Source: Scyliorhinus canicula (taxonomy: Eukaryota). Taken from it: DNA of 64,000 nt. The notes beneath the pieces were generated by a model. The model was not told where the DNA came from, did no database searches, and saw nothing but the letters and a program-made list of their open reading frames with translations. The stretch covers positions 78,113,790-78,177,789 of the forward strand of contig NC_052150.1 in the NCBI RefSeq assembly GCF_902713615.1, read 5' to 3'. The position numbers and the translations under genes were made by a program. Each line of letters starts with the position of its first letter. The stretch's first letter is position 1. Shown here one piece after another: positions 1 to 12,357 of the stretch.

Positions 1-2
1 AT

Positions 3-853
3 AAGCTCAAGGACTTTTATTTTGGAACGGCGGAAGCAGCGGAGGAGTTTGCGAAGGCAGAAGGACTGTGGCAGAACTGAGAAATTGAGAAATGGCCATG
101 TGCCAATGTAACCTCAGGACCGTATTTTCTTCTTTTTTGTCTCTTCTTTTTTGTTTCACTGCGTCTGGGTGTATGGGCTAAAGGAGCCAACGGTGTATAT
201 ATTTGGACAAGATAAGTAATGGGGCTTGCATTCGAAGTGAGGGCTCTTTGGGGTGCAGGTGGATATGCAGGGTGTGTGTGCTAAAAGGGGATTTCTGGGC
301 TTTCCTAGGGCCGGGCAAGGGGGAAAGGGACCCGGACAGGGGCCTCCGTGTTGGCCGCTTTAAACCGGCCAGTCAACGGGAGTGAGGTGGGGGGGAGGGG
401 CTGCGGCCATCGGAGCCTGGCAGAACAGGGTCCGAGTGGTCTAGCCGGAGTGGAAAGTTGGAGGGAAGGAGTTTTACAAGAGGCAGTGGACGGGAGGAGC
501 TGGAGGGGAGGGGTGGGGGGGGGGGGGGGGGGGGGGGTGGTTTACAACTCTTGGGTATCACATACGGTACTCTTTCAGAGGTTAGACAGCGTTGAGTGTG
601 GGGGGAGTAGGGGGAGGAGAGTGGACTCTAGGGTGATAATGGGCGGTCCCGGACCCCTTTCTCTCTTTCTCCTTTGTTTTATGTTTCCACCATGGGAGGG
701 TTTGTTTTATTGGATGCATAGGGTGGTGGGAGGATGGGATCATTGTTATTGTTAAGGGGATTGACTTTGTATTTGTTATCGTTTTCTGTTTGGGGGTGGG
801 GTGTGAATTTAGGAGCAAAATGTGAAAATGGAGAATAAAAACTTTTAAAAAAA
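3..853 (+). mobile_element. L1-clade element 3' part: ORF1 C-terminus, G/T-rich spacer, AATAAA and A-tail, with no visible ORF2
   Basis: 3-80 reads KLKDFYFGTAEAAEEFAKAEGLWQN*, resembling the C-terminus of L1 ORF1p. AATAAA at ~834 is followed by an A-run ending at ~853. Confidence 0.55.
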
Positions 854-879
854 ACACATCAGACAATAGCACCACTTTT

Positions 880-2355
880 GTCAACAGATTTGATGGCAAT
901 GTGAAGTTTGGACCTAAGAGAATTGATTTCTGCAAGCTGAGAGAGATAGTTTACAATGAGTGAGGACAACCGAGAAACTGAGACAGTTGGTGGCATCATG
1001 TCAGTTTATGAAATGATCAAGAGAGGGTAAGAGGCTAGAGGGAAATGTCCAGGTAGAGAGAGGTTACTCGATTTGGACTGAAGTGTCCGCTGTGTGGGAA
1101 AGTCATCTGGCAAAGGAGTGGATGTGGAGGCAAAGGATAGCTCAAAATCATGTCCAAATCAGTGTTCATTCAGGTGGGGACGAGCAGCTGAGGCATTTGC
1201 GAAGGACACATCATTCAGGAGTGGACATGGGGAGGTCAGAGGCTACTATGAATACAAAGGTGAGATTGGAAGAATGATAGAGTCAGAGGGAAGGGAAAGG
1301 ATGAGCCAGATGGGTTTCAGTACACATGAGTTGGTAACGTTTTAGATCTTCACTCTGGAAAAAAACCCAAAACCCATTACAGCGGTGGATGAGTCGAAGG
1401 ATGAAATGAACGTGTGGACCAGGACAAACTTGTGATAGAGTGAGACAGTGCTGCTGAAAAAAAAGAGGTCCAAGCCAGTGGCGGACTGGGTCTAAAAATA
1501 TTGGTTGCCAGGAGACAAAGGGGGCCCACCCACAACTACAATGCTATCACTTAATTTTCATAACGAATAAATAACATTTTCAAAAATTACATATGGAAAA
1601 AAGGGTACAATTAAAGTTTTTGTGGAAAAAATGTGTATTTTTTTAAAAATCACATCAAGGGATGTCCTCGAATCTATTGTCAGGACTTCAGCAAGCCATG
1701 TTCTGTCTTACTACTGTGAGACTGGATGATTCTTTTAGGGCTTTAGCAGAAGTGGGGTTGCAAAATTGTTCGGTTGCATTGTGATGGCATTACAGGACAG
1801 ACTTACATTTTTGTACCAGCTTTCATGACAGCACAAGTTCTTTACAACGAAGGAAATTCATTTGAAGTGTCCTCACTGTTAACGTAGGAATGTTAATTTG
1901 GGACATTTCTTTAGCATAGCCATAACTGCACATTGGAGATTAGGTTTGATAGCACTCCCAGCTGTGCATGTGGCGGTGCGTGACATTGAATGCGATCTTT
2001 GAATGTGGCGAGAACAGCGGTTTGAGGAATGTCCAGCAGATAATCATGGGTGGGTCAGAGAAATGAAAGGAGGAATTTCACTTGGAATTCAATGGAATCG
2101 TTTCGAGCTGGAGGAAAGAAATGTGGCACTGAAAGCGGGTTTCAGTAATACCTGATCAAACACACGAAGGGAAATAGAAAGCAATGAAGGTGAAAAGGTA
2201 GATGAGACAAAGTTTGAGAGAGAACAGAATGTCTTCACAGTAGGCATTCCTGGAAAAGAAGTGGCAGTGAGTTAAACACGTATACATAAGCAAAAGAGAG
2301 CGGATGCTGGAAATCTGCAAGATACATGGGAAATCATGGGAATACTCAGGAGGTC
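880..2355 (-). mobile_element. Decayed Penelope-like element, N-terminal ORF region plus terminal repeat, interrupted at ~1476-1950
   Basis: Minus strand near 1150-1260 resembles the Penelope/Neptune 'VFTIPSDLPLS..E.SVL.KGLSF.P' region. 2290-2355 is an inverted copy of the terminal sequence at 3130-3205. Boundaries approximate. Confidence 0.5.
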
Positions 2356-2369
2356 TCACTTTCCTCTGG

Positions 2370-3205
2370 CACCTTTCTGTACAGGAGCGGGAGATACAAC
2401 ACTTTTCTTTTTACCTCCTCCCTCCTCTTACCATCTAAGGTCCCCAAACACACCTTCCAGTTGAAGCTGCAATTTACTTGTACTCCTTTCAATTTCATAT
2501 GCAGTATTTGCTGCTCACGGGATCTTGGTCCTCTCTACAACTGGGATACAATAAGTAGATTGGGCTGCCACTTTGTGGAATACCTCCAGTCAATCCACCA
2601 GTGTGACCCCTGAACTGGTTGCCTGACGTTTTAATTGTCCACTTTGCTCTCAGTCTGACCATTCTGTCCTTGGCCTCCAAAACTGTTCCACTGACATTCA
2701 ACACAAGCTCGAGGTACAAGCTCCTTGTCTTTCGACTGGGCCAACTATTCACAATCTTGCTATTCAGACCTCCTCTAGATACAGCTTTTGTTTCTTGTCC
2801 CACTACCATTCCCTTTGACCTTACACCATGAAACCTTTTGACACTTAACCTCTGCCATCCACCCTATCACATACCTCCCCTTTTGTTCACCTTACCACAC
2901 AAGTGGGGTTACTGGGTTACGGGGATAGGATGGGGGTGTGGGCTTATGTAGAGTGCTCTTTCCAAGGGCCGGTGCAGACTCAATGGGCTGGATGGCCTCC
3001 TTCTGCACTGTAAGTTCTATGATTCAACATCCCTTTTTACTTTATCAAAACCTATTATATTTCTAACTTTTCTCAGTTTCAATAAAGGCTCACGGACCTA
3101 AAACGTTATCTGTTTCCTCTCCACAAAGGGTGCCAGACCTGCTGAATATTACCATAATTTCCTGTTTTTATTATGGATTTCCAGCATTCACAATATTTAG
3201 CTTTA
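2370..3205 (+). mobile_element. Decayed Penelope-like element: GIY-YIG endonuclease region and 3' terminal (pseudo-LTR) sequence
   Basis: ORF 2326-2613 contains KHTFQLKLQFTCTPFNFICSICCSRDLGPLY...RLGCHFVEYL, a degenerate match to the PLE GIY-YIG motif (FTC.S.N.VY.I.C..C.LLYIGET.R.L..RF.EH). Terminal motif 'aaacgtt..ctgtttc..ctccaca..tgccagacctgctga' at 3100-3146. Confidence 0.7.
2905..3023 (+). mobile_element. 3' tail of an HE1/V-SINE-type SINE (CR1-derived tail)
   Basis: 'gggccggtgcagactcaatgggctggatggcctccttctgcactgtaagttctatgatt' is the CR1-type 3' end shared by elasmobranch HE1 SINEs and HER1 LINEs. Confidence 0.7.
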
Positions 3206-3641
3206 AAATCCTTTTGCAGCCTCTTTGCATCCTTATCATGGCTGACATTCCCACCTACCTTTGTATTGTTAGCAAACTTAGATACATTTACACTTACCTA
3301 AATAATTGATATAGATTGTAAATAGATGAGGGCCTGATCATTTTGCTTCCCCACTGGATACAGCCTGTCAGCCTAAAAATTACCTGTTTATTCCGAATCA
3401 TTGTTTTCAGTCTATTACCCAAATTTCAACCCATGCCAATACCACAATATAATGGGCCTTCATTTTATATACTGCCCTCTCTTGTGGCACCTTTTTGATT
3501 GTTCTTTCGAAAGCCAAATGCATTACATCTACTTTATCAGTCTACTAGTTACAACTTTATCTGTCCGACTAGTTACAACTTCAAAAATTTCTAATTTCTA
3601 AGACTTTCCATGTGCTTATTGTCATGGTTCTAATCATAGAC

Positions 3642-3856
3642 TGGTGCTGGTTCAGCACACTTGGCTCGACAGCTGGTTCATGATGCAGAGCAACGCTGGT
3701 TCAATTCTCATACGGGCTGAGGTTATTCATGAAGGCCCCACCTTCTCAACTTCTCCTGAGGTATGGTGATCCTCAGGTTAAATCACCACCTGTTAGCTCT
3801 CCCTCTCAAAGGGGAAAGCAGCCTATGGTCATCTGGGACTATGGCAACTTTACCTT
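3642..3856 (+). mobile_element. tRNA-derived SINE, decayed
   Basis: Head with A/B-box-like motifs (gctggttcagcacacttgg...ggttcaattc), related to the head of the 9937-10125 SINE. Ends 'ggtcatctgggactatggcaactttacc'. Confidence 0.55.
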
Positions 3857-4797
3857 TAATAATAGACTCTAGCATTTTCCCACCAGATTGTCAGACTAAC
3901 TAGTCTATAGTTCCCTCTTTTATTTCCCTACACTTTCTTGAGTAGTGGGATTATGTTTTCTACGTTTCAACCCATGAGGACCCTTCTGCAACCTAGGGAA
4001 TCGTGAACGATCCAAACCAATGCGTCCTCTATTTCTGTAGCCATTTCTTTTAATGTCTTAGGTTGAAGGACATCAAGTCTGGGGATCAGTATTAAATTTC
4101 TCCAATGTTAATTCTTTACTAATGCCAATATCCTTAGGTTGCTGATTTTTACTCAGCCCTTGGTTCCCCATTACTTCCAGAATGTTTTTGCTCGCTTATA
4201 CTGAGAAGACAAATACAAAGTATTTGTTTGGTGTCACTGCCGTTTCCGTTTTTAAAAAATATTTTTATACAAACAAAATGTTTCAATGTTACAAAAATAA
4301 CCCCAACCCAATGCACACTATCCCAACCAAATATAATACCAATACTCCCTCCCCACAACCCCTGCTGGCCCCATCCACCCACACAAACAAGACCCTAATG
4401 AACTAACCAACCTCCCTTCCCCCACAATAGCTGATGGTAACCAGCTCCCTAAAAAAGGAAATGAACGGCTGCCACCTTGAGTAAAACCCATTCAACGACC
4501 CACTTATCGCATACTTGATCTTCTCCAGGTGCAGGAATTCCATCAGATCCCCTAACCAGGCCGAAGGCATCACTGGAGACCTCCACCCAAGCAGGACTCA
4601 TCTCCAAGTGAGGCGCAGGCCAAGACATCTGCCTCCGTCCCCGTCTGCTGCAATGGCGAATCCGACACTCCAGAAATAGCCACCAACAGGCACAGCTCCA
4701 GCTTCACATCCAGAATTCCTGGTATTGTTCCAAAGAAGAGGTCCCAAAGATTAACAAGCTTGGGGCAAGACCTAAACATGTGCGTGTGGTTCGCCAG

Positions 4798-5263
4798 CCC
4801 CCTGGAGCACCACTCACACGCCCGGCCCCCTGGAGCACCACTCACACCCCCGGCCCCCTGGAGCGCCACTCACACCCCCGGCACCCTGGAGCGCCACTCA
4901 CACGCCCGGCCCCCTGGAGCGCCACTCACACCCCCGGCACCCTGGAGCGCCACTCACACCCCCGGCCCCCTGGAGCGCCACTCACACCCCCGGCACCCTG
5001 GAGCACCACTCACACCCCCGGCCCCCTGGAGTACCACTCACACCCCCGGCCCCCTGGAGCACCACTCACACCCCCGGCCCCCTGGAGTACCACTCACACC
5101 CCCGGCCCCCTGGAGCACCACTCACACCCCCGGCCCCCTGGAGCACCACTCACACCCCCGGCCCCCTGGAGTACCACTCACACCCCCGGCCCCCTGGAGC
5201 ACCACTCACACCCCCGGCCCCCTGGAGCACCACTCACACCGCCGGCCCCCTGGAACACCACTC
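4798..5263. repeat. 28-bp GC-rich minisatellite, ~17 units (CCCCCTGGAGCACCACTCACACCCCCGG)
   Basis: TGGAG/TGGAA recurs at 4803, 4831, 4859 ... 5251 (period 28). It explains the stop-free ORFs 4760-5308 and 4780-5271. Confidence 0.95.
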
Positions 5264-6107
5264 CAGCCTGAGAAGAACCCGCTCATACGTGCCCTGGTCT
5301 ACCTTTAACTACCAGACATAACCTTGCACTCTAGGAAGTGTAGTTAACCCTATGAAGAGCCTCACTCCACACCACCTCTCAGAGACTAAACTCAGCTTGT
5401 CCTCTCACTTCCTCTTTTCTTCTTCCAGTGATGCCTGCTATGTCACTAACATCTTTCCATAAATGTCTGAGAAACTTCCCTCCCCTAGCTCATCGAAGGA
5501 CAGAACCCTATTCATTAATGAGGGCGCCGGCACCCGAGGAAACTAAGGAGGTTCCTTACACATCACATCACATATCTGAAAGTATCTAAATGCATTCCCT
5601 CGCAGGACCTGGATCTTCTCCCAAATCTCATCGAGACCGACAAACCTGCCCTCCAGGAACTAATGCCGAAACCTCTCTATCCCCTCATCCTCCCAGGCCC
5701 TGAATGTTGAGTCTCGCCCAGATTGTGCAAACCCATGGTTCCTACTAATCAGCGGTAACAACGACACAGAGCTTAATTTAAAATGCTGCCTAAATTGATT
5801 CTAAATCCTCAAAGAGGCTGTTGCCACTGAGCTCAATGAAAATGTCACGCAAGAGAATGGGAGTGGAGAAGTAACAAGGAAGCGCAAAATTGTTCAAATG
5901 CATCAAGCCTCCTTCAACCGCTCTCATATAGAATCTGAGTCCTTAAACCATCCCCACACCTTTTCAATGTTTGCCACCCAGTAATAACACAGCAGATTTG
6001 GTAGTGCCAATCCCCCCAATTGTCTATCCCTTTGCGGAAATGCCCTGGGAATCCAAGGGGTCTTACCCACCCAAACAAGAGTAGATATTAACTTATTGAC
6101 CCTACCA

Positions 6108-6297
6108 GGGTGGCACCCTGGCACAGTGGTTAGAACTGCTGCCTCACGGCATCGACGACCCAGATTCACTGTCCGTGTGGAGTTTGCACATTCTCCCCGC
6201 GTCTGTGTGGGTCTCTCCCCCACAACCCAAAGATGTGTAGGGTAGGTGGATTGGCCACACTAAATTGCCCCTTAATTGGGAAAAATAAATGTTTTTA
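6108..6297 (+). mobile_element. Short tRNA-derived V-SINE (HE1-related) inserted in L1 ORF2
   Basis: A-box tggcacagtggttag, core gtggagtttgcacattctcccc, end ctaaattgccccttaattgg plus A-rich tail. 18-bp degenerate TSD at 6090-6107 and 6298-6315. Confidence 0.85.
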
Positions 6298-9200
6298 AAC
6301 ATATTAATCCTACCAAAGAAAGCCTTAGAAAGAAATGGCAGGAGACACTGGAACAGAAACAGAAACCTACGGAGAATATTAATCTTCATCATCTGTACTG
6401 TTCCCGCCAAAGTCTGAGGAAGGGCATCCCACCTCTTCAAATTAGCCTTCACCCATCCACCAGACTAGCCAAGTTCAGTTTATGGAGCGAGGCTCAATCA
6501 TGGGCTACCCAAATTCCCAGATATCGCAAACAAGTTCTGCCGGGCTAATGATAGTTTTCCCAGATCCGTCGCCCTCCCCAGGGGGTTCACCGGAAAATCT
6601 TCACTCTTCCCCAGGTTTACCTTACACCTGAAAAGGAGCCAAACTCCCTGACCCCCTCCATTATCACCCCCACATTGTAGAGTGGGTCCGTGGTGTATAA
6701 CCCACATTACCCACATATAGGGAAACCCTTGTTCCCTCCCTCCACGCTTTACCCCCTCCAACTGGTGGGTGGGCTCAACATAATCGCCAGCAAATCCATC
6801 GCTGAGGCAAACAACAATGGAGATAATGGATACCCTTGCCTTGTACCACTTTACAGTTGAAAGTACCCAAGCTCAGGGCATTAGTAGACTATCGTAATGG
6901 GGGCCCTGTACAAAAGCCTAATACAAGATATAAACTTTGGCCCAAAGGCAAAACGCCCCAAAATCTCGAAAAGGTACCCCCAAGCAGCCCTGTCAAATGC
7001 TTTCTCCGTGTCAATCAAAATAATAACCTCTGACTCGGTCACTGAGGAAGGCGACAACACCACATTCAACAATCTTCTAATATTTGCCGAGAACTGCCGG
7101 CTCTTAACAGATTCTGTCTGCACCTCCAAAATCACCCCTGGCAGGCACGGCTCCATATGAGTTGCCAGCAACTTAGCATCAGAAACTCAGCAAACAAATC
7201 AGTCAATATGACTCACTCTCTGTGGGCTCCTTATCCTTTTTCAGAATCAAAGAAATCGATGCCTGGGCCAGCATGGCCTGTAACACCGTCCAGGATAGAG
7301 AATCATTGAACACATCCCGCAGAGGTGGAGCCAGTATACCAGTAAACTATTTATAAGATTCAATAGGGGATCTGTCCAGACCCAGTGCCTTACCCATTTG
7401 CATTAAACAAATACAATTCATGATCTCCTGTACAATCAGCACCTCCAGCTCCGGCCTTCTCTCCTGTTCCACCTCCGGAAAGGTCAACCCATCTAAAAAT
7501 TGGAGCATTATCGAATCCTCCTCCAGAGGCCCAGATATATATAGCCCACGGTAAAAGGCCACAAACACCTTGTTAACCTTCTCTGGGGCAGAAACCAAAC
7601 TGCCACCCGAGTCTCTAACCTGAAATGTGTCCTGCGAGGCAGCATGCCTCCTTAACGCAGCTGGCTCACCGCATTCTCCAACAATCAAAATCCATCTGCT
7701 ATTTCTTTCTCTCTGCCAAAAGCTCCGATGTTGGGGCAAATGGGTTCTGGCGGTCCACCTCAATGATGGAATCCACCAGTCTCTGCCTCTCCACCTTCCC
7801 AGATCTATCCCTATGCGCATTGTACAAAATTATCTCACCACCTTCAGTGCTTCCCAGAGCGTGGAAGGCGAAACCGCCTCATTCTCGTAACACTACATAT
7901 ACTCCCCAATAGCAGAGGAGTCCCACTCGCAAAATCCCTTATCAGCGAGCAACGCCGTGTCCAACCTCCACGGGGGTCGGTGAGGGCAGCCCGGCTCCAA
8001 CAACAGGTCCACATAATGTGGAGCGTGATCCGATATCACAATCGCCGAGCACCACCCCTAAACACAGACAAACCTGCCAAGAACCGAACTCCCACTTCCC
8101 TCTTCCCCTGCCCCAAATGAAACAAAAACAAAAAACCTAAGCTCATTACCTTGAAGAACAAAATAAACCTCCCGAAGGTAACCAGCTGCAGTCATCTCCC
8201 CCTCTCCACTCCCGTTAGCTGGCTATACTGCTAGCAGGGTGACTCCCACTCAAGGTAAACATCCAAGTCCTTCACTCATTGAATCACAATCAACTCCCCT
8301 ACCCATAACCAACTTTAAAACAACACATTATTGGAAGAACAGCAAAAACGAACGACACTCAAATCCCCTCCCCCAACCATTTCCAAAAATACAATAAACA
8401 ACCCCCAACTTGGACCAGATGCAACCCCCACCAACAAGCCCCATAACAACACAGTGTCCACCCCCACTTCATTCCACATGAAATAATACAAATGCTGCAG
8501 AACTTAACAATAAATAAACAACAAAGCTCATAGTCCACAGACACTTCAGTTCCTTCCCCAGATAACAAAGTAATTCGCCTCCTCTGACCCATCAAAATAA
8601 TACTCCATATCCCTGTAGGTGACCCGAAGACATGCCGGGTACGACATCACAAATCACACATTGTTCTTATAGTACGCAGCTTTGGTCTTATTCAATGCCG
8701 CATGCCTTCTTGCCAGCTCTGCACCAACATCCTGGCATATAATGATTGCATGACCTTCCCAACTACCATCTCGATGGTCCTTCACCAATCTCATTTCCAA
8801 CTCTTTGTCCAGGTACCTTTAGAACCTGACAATGAATGTCTGTGGTGGCTCACCTGATCTGGGCTTCTGCATCAATGATCGATGGGCCTGGTCCAACTCA
8901 GGAGGCGTTGAAAAGATTCCCTCCCCCACCAACCTTCTAAACATCATGGAGATGTAATCCATGGTGTTTGTACATTCCAAGCCCTACAGCAGTCCAACAA
9001 TTTTTAAATCCTGCCATCTGGAGCGATTCTCCAAATCATCAACCTTGGCCTTTAACGCCTTCCGCTCCTCTGCCAACTGCACCATCTCTGCCTCCAAAGA
9101 GACAATGCGATCGCTATGATCATTAAGCACCAACTCCCCCTTCTTGATCGTTGCCCACTGTACCCCTATCCATTGCTTCAACCTGTCCAAGGATGCCTGA

Positions 9201-9399
9201 ACAGATGCTGCAGCCCCTCAATCACCTTCGCCATATCCTCAGTTACCAACTGTCGCTACTTCCGAAATTCACCAGTTACGAAGTCCACCAACTTCTCGGT
9301 CGACCACTGAGAGGGCAGTGACGCCACAGAGAACTCCGTATTTTCCCCACTTCAGAGGCTTGAGGATCTTCTGAACCCAACAAGGAATCCTTAACCCAA

Positions 9400-9492
9400 G
9401 AGAAAATGATGGAAAATCTCAGCATGTCGGGCAGCATCTGCAGGGAGAGAAAAGAGCTAACGTTTCGAGACCAGATGACCCTTTGTCAAAGC
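9400..9492 (-). mobile_element. Penelope terminal-repeat fragment inserted in the L1 5' region
   Basis: Reverse complement TTTGACAAAGGGTCATCTGGTCTCGAAACGTTAGCTCTTTTCTCTCCCTGCAGATGCTGCCCGACATGCTGAG is homologous to the terminals at 3078-3150 and 13149-13230. Confidence 0.65.
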
Positions 9493-9799
9493 AAGGAAGC
9501 CTAGCCTGACTTCTGCCCTGTGTTGTTCCCTCCAGGCATCATTCGCAAGACGGCAACTTATTCTAACATACTGCACCAATTTCTTCCCAAAAATCACCCA
9601 TTAACCAAGCAGAAAGGGCCAAAAAAAACAAATAACCAGGCAGGAGCCACCATGTGTATGACTATTCACCTCATAATCGCTACTGGAGGTTGTCACTGCT
9701 GTATTCTTAATACCCCTTACAATTGCACCTATTTTTGCTTCTGAGGAACCTATGCTTATTTTTCTAATCTCTTCTTTTTTACATACGGATAGAAGTCTG

Positions 9800-10192
9800 T
9801 TTTCTTTCCAATTAAGGGGCAATTTAGCATAGCCAATGCACCTACCCTGCACATCTTTGGATTGTGGGTGTGAGATCCATGCAGACACGGGGAGAATGTG
9901 CAAACTCCACACAGACAGTGACCCGGGGCCAGGATGAATGAAAAATGAAAATGAAAATCGCTTATTGTCACGAGTAGGCTTCAATGAAGTTACTGTGAAA
10001 AGCCCCTAGTCGCCACATTCCGGCGCCTGTCCGGGGAGGCTGGTACGGGAATCGAACCGTGCTGCTGGCCTGCCTTGGTCTGCTTTAAAAGCCAGCGATT
10101 TAGCCTGGTGAGCTAAACCAGCCCCATTGATTGAACCTGGGTCTCAGCACTGTGAGGCAGCAGTGCTAACCACTGTGCCTCCTTGGCGCCCC
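9800..10192 (-). mobile_element. Short V-SINE (same family as 6108 and 11966), split at its B-box by a younger SINE
   Basis: ccaattaaggggcaatttag...ggagaatgtgcaaactccacacagacagtgacccggggccaggat | insert | tgaacctgggtc...gtgaggcagcagtgctaaccactgtgc. Confidence 0.85.
9937..10125 (-). mobile_element. Younger tRNA-derived SINE with (TTTTCA)n tail, nested in a V-SINE
   Basis: Minus-strand head GGGGCTGGTTTAGCTCACCAGGCTAAATCGCTGG...GGTTCGATTCCCG (B-box). The tail reads aaatgaaaatgaaaat on plus. Confidence 0.8.
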
Positions 10193-11316
10193 TGCAATCT
10201 GGTTTTATGTCTTGCTCATTTACGCTTTTTTCCTATTTTCTCACACTTCAGCAATTTCTTTGTCATCCTTTGCAGAGTTTCAAAATCCTCTCAATCATCC
10301 CACTTACAATTCTGCTTGGAAACATTACAAGCTTCTTTAATCTAGTACTTTCTGTAACTCCTCTTGTTAGCCATGATTAGATTACTTTTCCTGTTGGTTC
10401 TTTATTCCTTAAGGCAATGTATCATTGCAAGTTATAAACTAATACTTAATTTTTTTGCCGCTGCTCATGTGCCATCACATCTTAAAATCTACTTTCCCAA
10501 TATGCCCCCCACATAATAAACACGGCTTATTTTGTTTAGCTTTAAAACCCTAGTTTCATATGAAAGTACAAGCTCTCAGTAAAAAATTCTACTATATTAT
10601 GATTACTGTTCTCCCAGAGACTTGTTATATACAAAGTTATTAATTAACCCTTTCTCATTACACAAAACTACATCCAAAATGTTCACTAGTTGCCTGCTTG
10701 ACATTCTGATCTCAAAGACAATCTTGAACGCAGTCCCCACATTACTGCAATTTTGGTTTGCAGTCTTTGTGAAGATTTAAATCATCCACGATTGCTCCAT
10801 TTCCTGTGTTCCATGCACCGTTAATTTAAAATTTAACTCAGACTTATACAGTACCTTTAATATGTCCCAAGACACTTCAAGGAGTGTTTCGAAGTTAAAG
10901 TTGGCACAAAAGCCACACAAACAGATAGGACAGGTGACATAAAGATTGGCCAAAGAGGATGATTTTAAGATTGCCTTCCAGAAAGAAAGACAGCTAGTGA
11001 GTCGTAGATGTTTAAGAAGAGAATTCCAGAGTCTATATAATATAATATAAAGTCTAGGCATCTTAAGGCATAGCCACCAATGGTAGATCTTAAAACTTGA
11101 GGAAGCTCAAGAGGCCAGAATTAGACAAGAGCAGATATCTTTGTGAAATGTACAGCTGGAACAGGTTACAAAATTAGGCAACGGTGAGGACAGGGAGGAG
11201 TTTAAAAACAATTTTTAAAATGTAATTTTAAAATTGAAGTGTTGCTTGGCTAGAATCCAATGGAGGTCAGTGGGAGTAGGGGTGATAGATGAACGGGATG
11301 CCGTTCAAGTTAAGAT

Positions 11317-12357
11317 TGATACAGTAGCGGACCAGACCTCAATGCACATAGAAAACTGTACAAGAAACCCCAACTATTTTGTAATTTGTAAACTGTGAGG
11401 AAGGATACTTCATCCCCAGGGGTAATTCCACTGATAAACAGGGATTTAAAAAAATATTAAAACACACTTTATTCTTAACCTAGGACCAACTACATTGACA
11501 TCACTGAAAACAGCTTACAATTAACAGTTAAACAATTCTCAACAATGCAAGGAAACATTTCAACTTATAACTTATTGCTTCCATATCTCCAATTAAGCAA
11601 TGGTCAAAAGCCACTTGCAAATAAAGTTAACAAACACAGGTATATTTGCTGTTCTCTGTGTGGAGAGTTGTTTTCAGCAAAGGAGAGACTCAGACACGAG
11701 CTGCAATTTCATCTGTGTAGAGAGTTGCATTCATCAAAGGAGAAAGACCCTTTCTGACACAAACTGCAATTCCTTCTGTCTTTTGCAGACTAATAGCTAA
11801 ACTGCCTTCTACAGTCCTGGCTCCTCCCATTAATTATATTATCTCTCGCACACTAACTGTCTTATAACCATCTTACTAAGGCTAAACACAACCCCACAAT
11901 TATCTTAATATAGGGCACCTTCTTTCTATAAGCAGAAGTCCATAGGTAAACAATTAAATGGTTATGGGTGACACGGTGGTGCAGTGGTTAGCACTGCTGC
12001 CTCACAGCGCTAAGGACCCGGGTTTGATCCCAGCCCCGGGTCACTGACCATGTGGAGCTTGCATATTCTCCCTGTGTCTGCGTGGGTGTCACCCCCACAA
12101 ACCAAACGATGTGCAGGGTAGGTGAATTGGCCACGCTAAATTGCCCCTTAATTGGAAAAACAATTTGATACTCTAAAAAAAATTTAAAACAATTAAATGG
12201 TTATAATCAATGATTATCCCACATTTACAACATCTTAGTTTCACCTTTTGCAGACACGCCACCTGCCTATATGTTAAACTACGATTCATAAAAATATTAT
12301 TGAAACAGATATATAATAGTATATAATATATATATATAATTTCCAACATTCATCACA
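11317..12357. mobile_element. Probable solo LTR inserted in L2
   Basis: Starts TGAT, ends ATCACA (TG...CA). Flanked by agat/ggat (4-bp TSD, 1 mismatch), and the L2 sequence rejoins across it. About 0.8 kb after removing the nested SINE. Confidence 0.45.
11966..12186 (+). mobile_element. Short V-SINE with a perfect 18-bp TSD
   Basis: A-box ggtgcagtggttag, B-box gggtttgatccc, V-SINE core. TSD aaacaattaaatggttat at 11948-11965 and 12187-12204. Confidence 0.9.

Larger units (their letters stand above)
4250..9690 (-). mobile_element. Near full-length decayed L1-clade LINE (5'UTR, ORF1, ORF2 with most of the endonuclease deleted, 3'UTR)
   Basis: ORF1 fragment KAKVDDLENRSRWQDLKIVGL (8984-9190). 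EN C-terminus AIVISDHAPHYVDL (~8005-8046). GKALGLDRSPIESYK (~7350-7400). RT NIRRLLN..IDTEKAFDR..W.YLFEILGRFAFGPKFISCIRLLY (6881-7171). CCHC knuckle [21 protein letters not shown] (~4755-4820). Degenerate TSD tgtcactgc(c/t)gt.. at 4232-4249 and 9691-9708. Confidence 0.9.
3210..10830 (-). mobile_element. Old CR1-clade LINE relic, split by later insertions (pieces at ~3210-3630, 3860-4249, 9691-9800, 10195-10830)
   Basis: Minus strand at ~3260-3285 reads VSKFANNT (decayed FADDT RT core). The sequence resumes at 9691 after the L1 insertion, with a degenerate target-site duplication. Confidence 0.6.

Noticed and set aside
1476-1950. hAT-like terminus CAGTGGCGGACTGGG interrupting the Penelope relic
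   Set aside because: No matching second inverted terminus or 8-bp TSD found, so the boundaries cannot be supported.
4760-5308. 182-aa and 163-aa Pro/His-rich ORFs; regular repeat superficially CRISPR-like
   Set aside because: Artefacts of a stop-free 28-bp tandem repeat inside a dead L1. Units abut with no unique spacers, and the DNA is eukaryotic.
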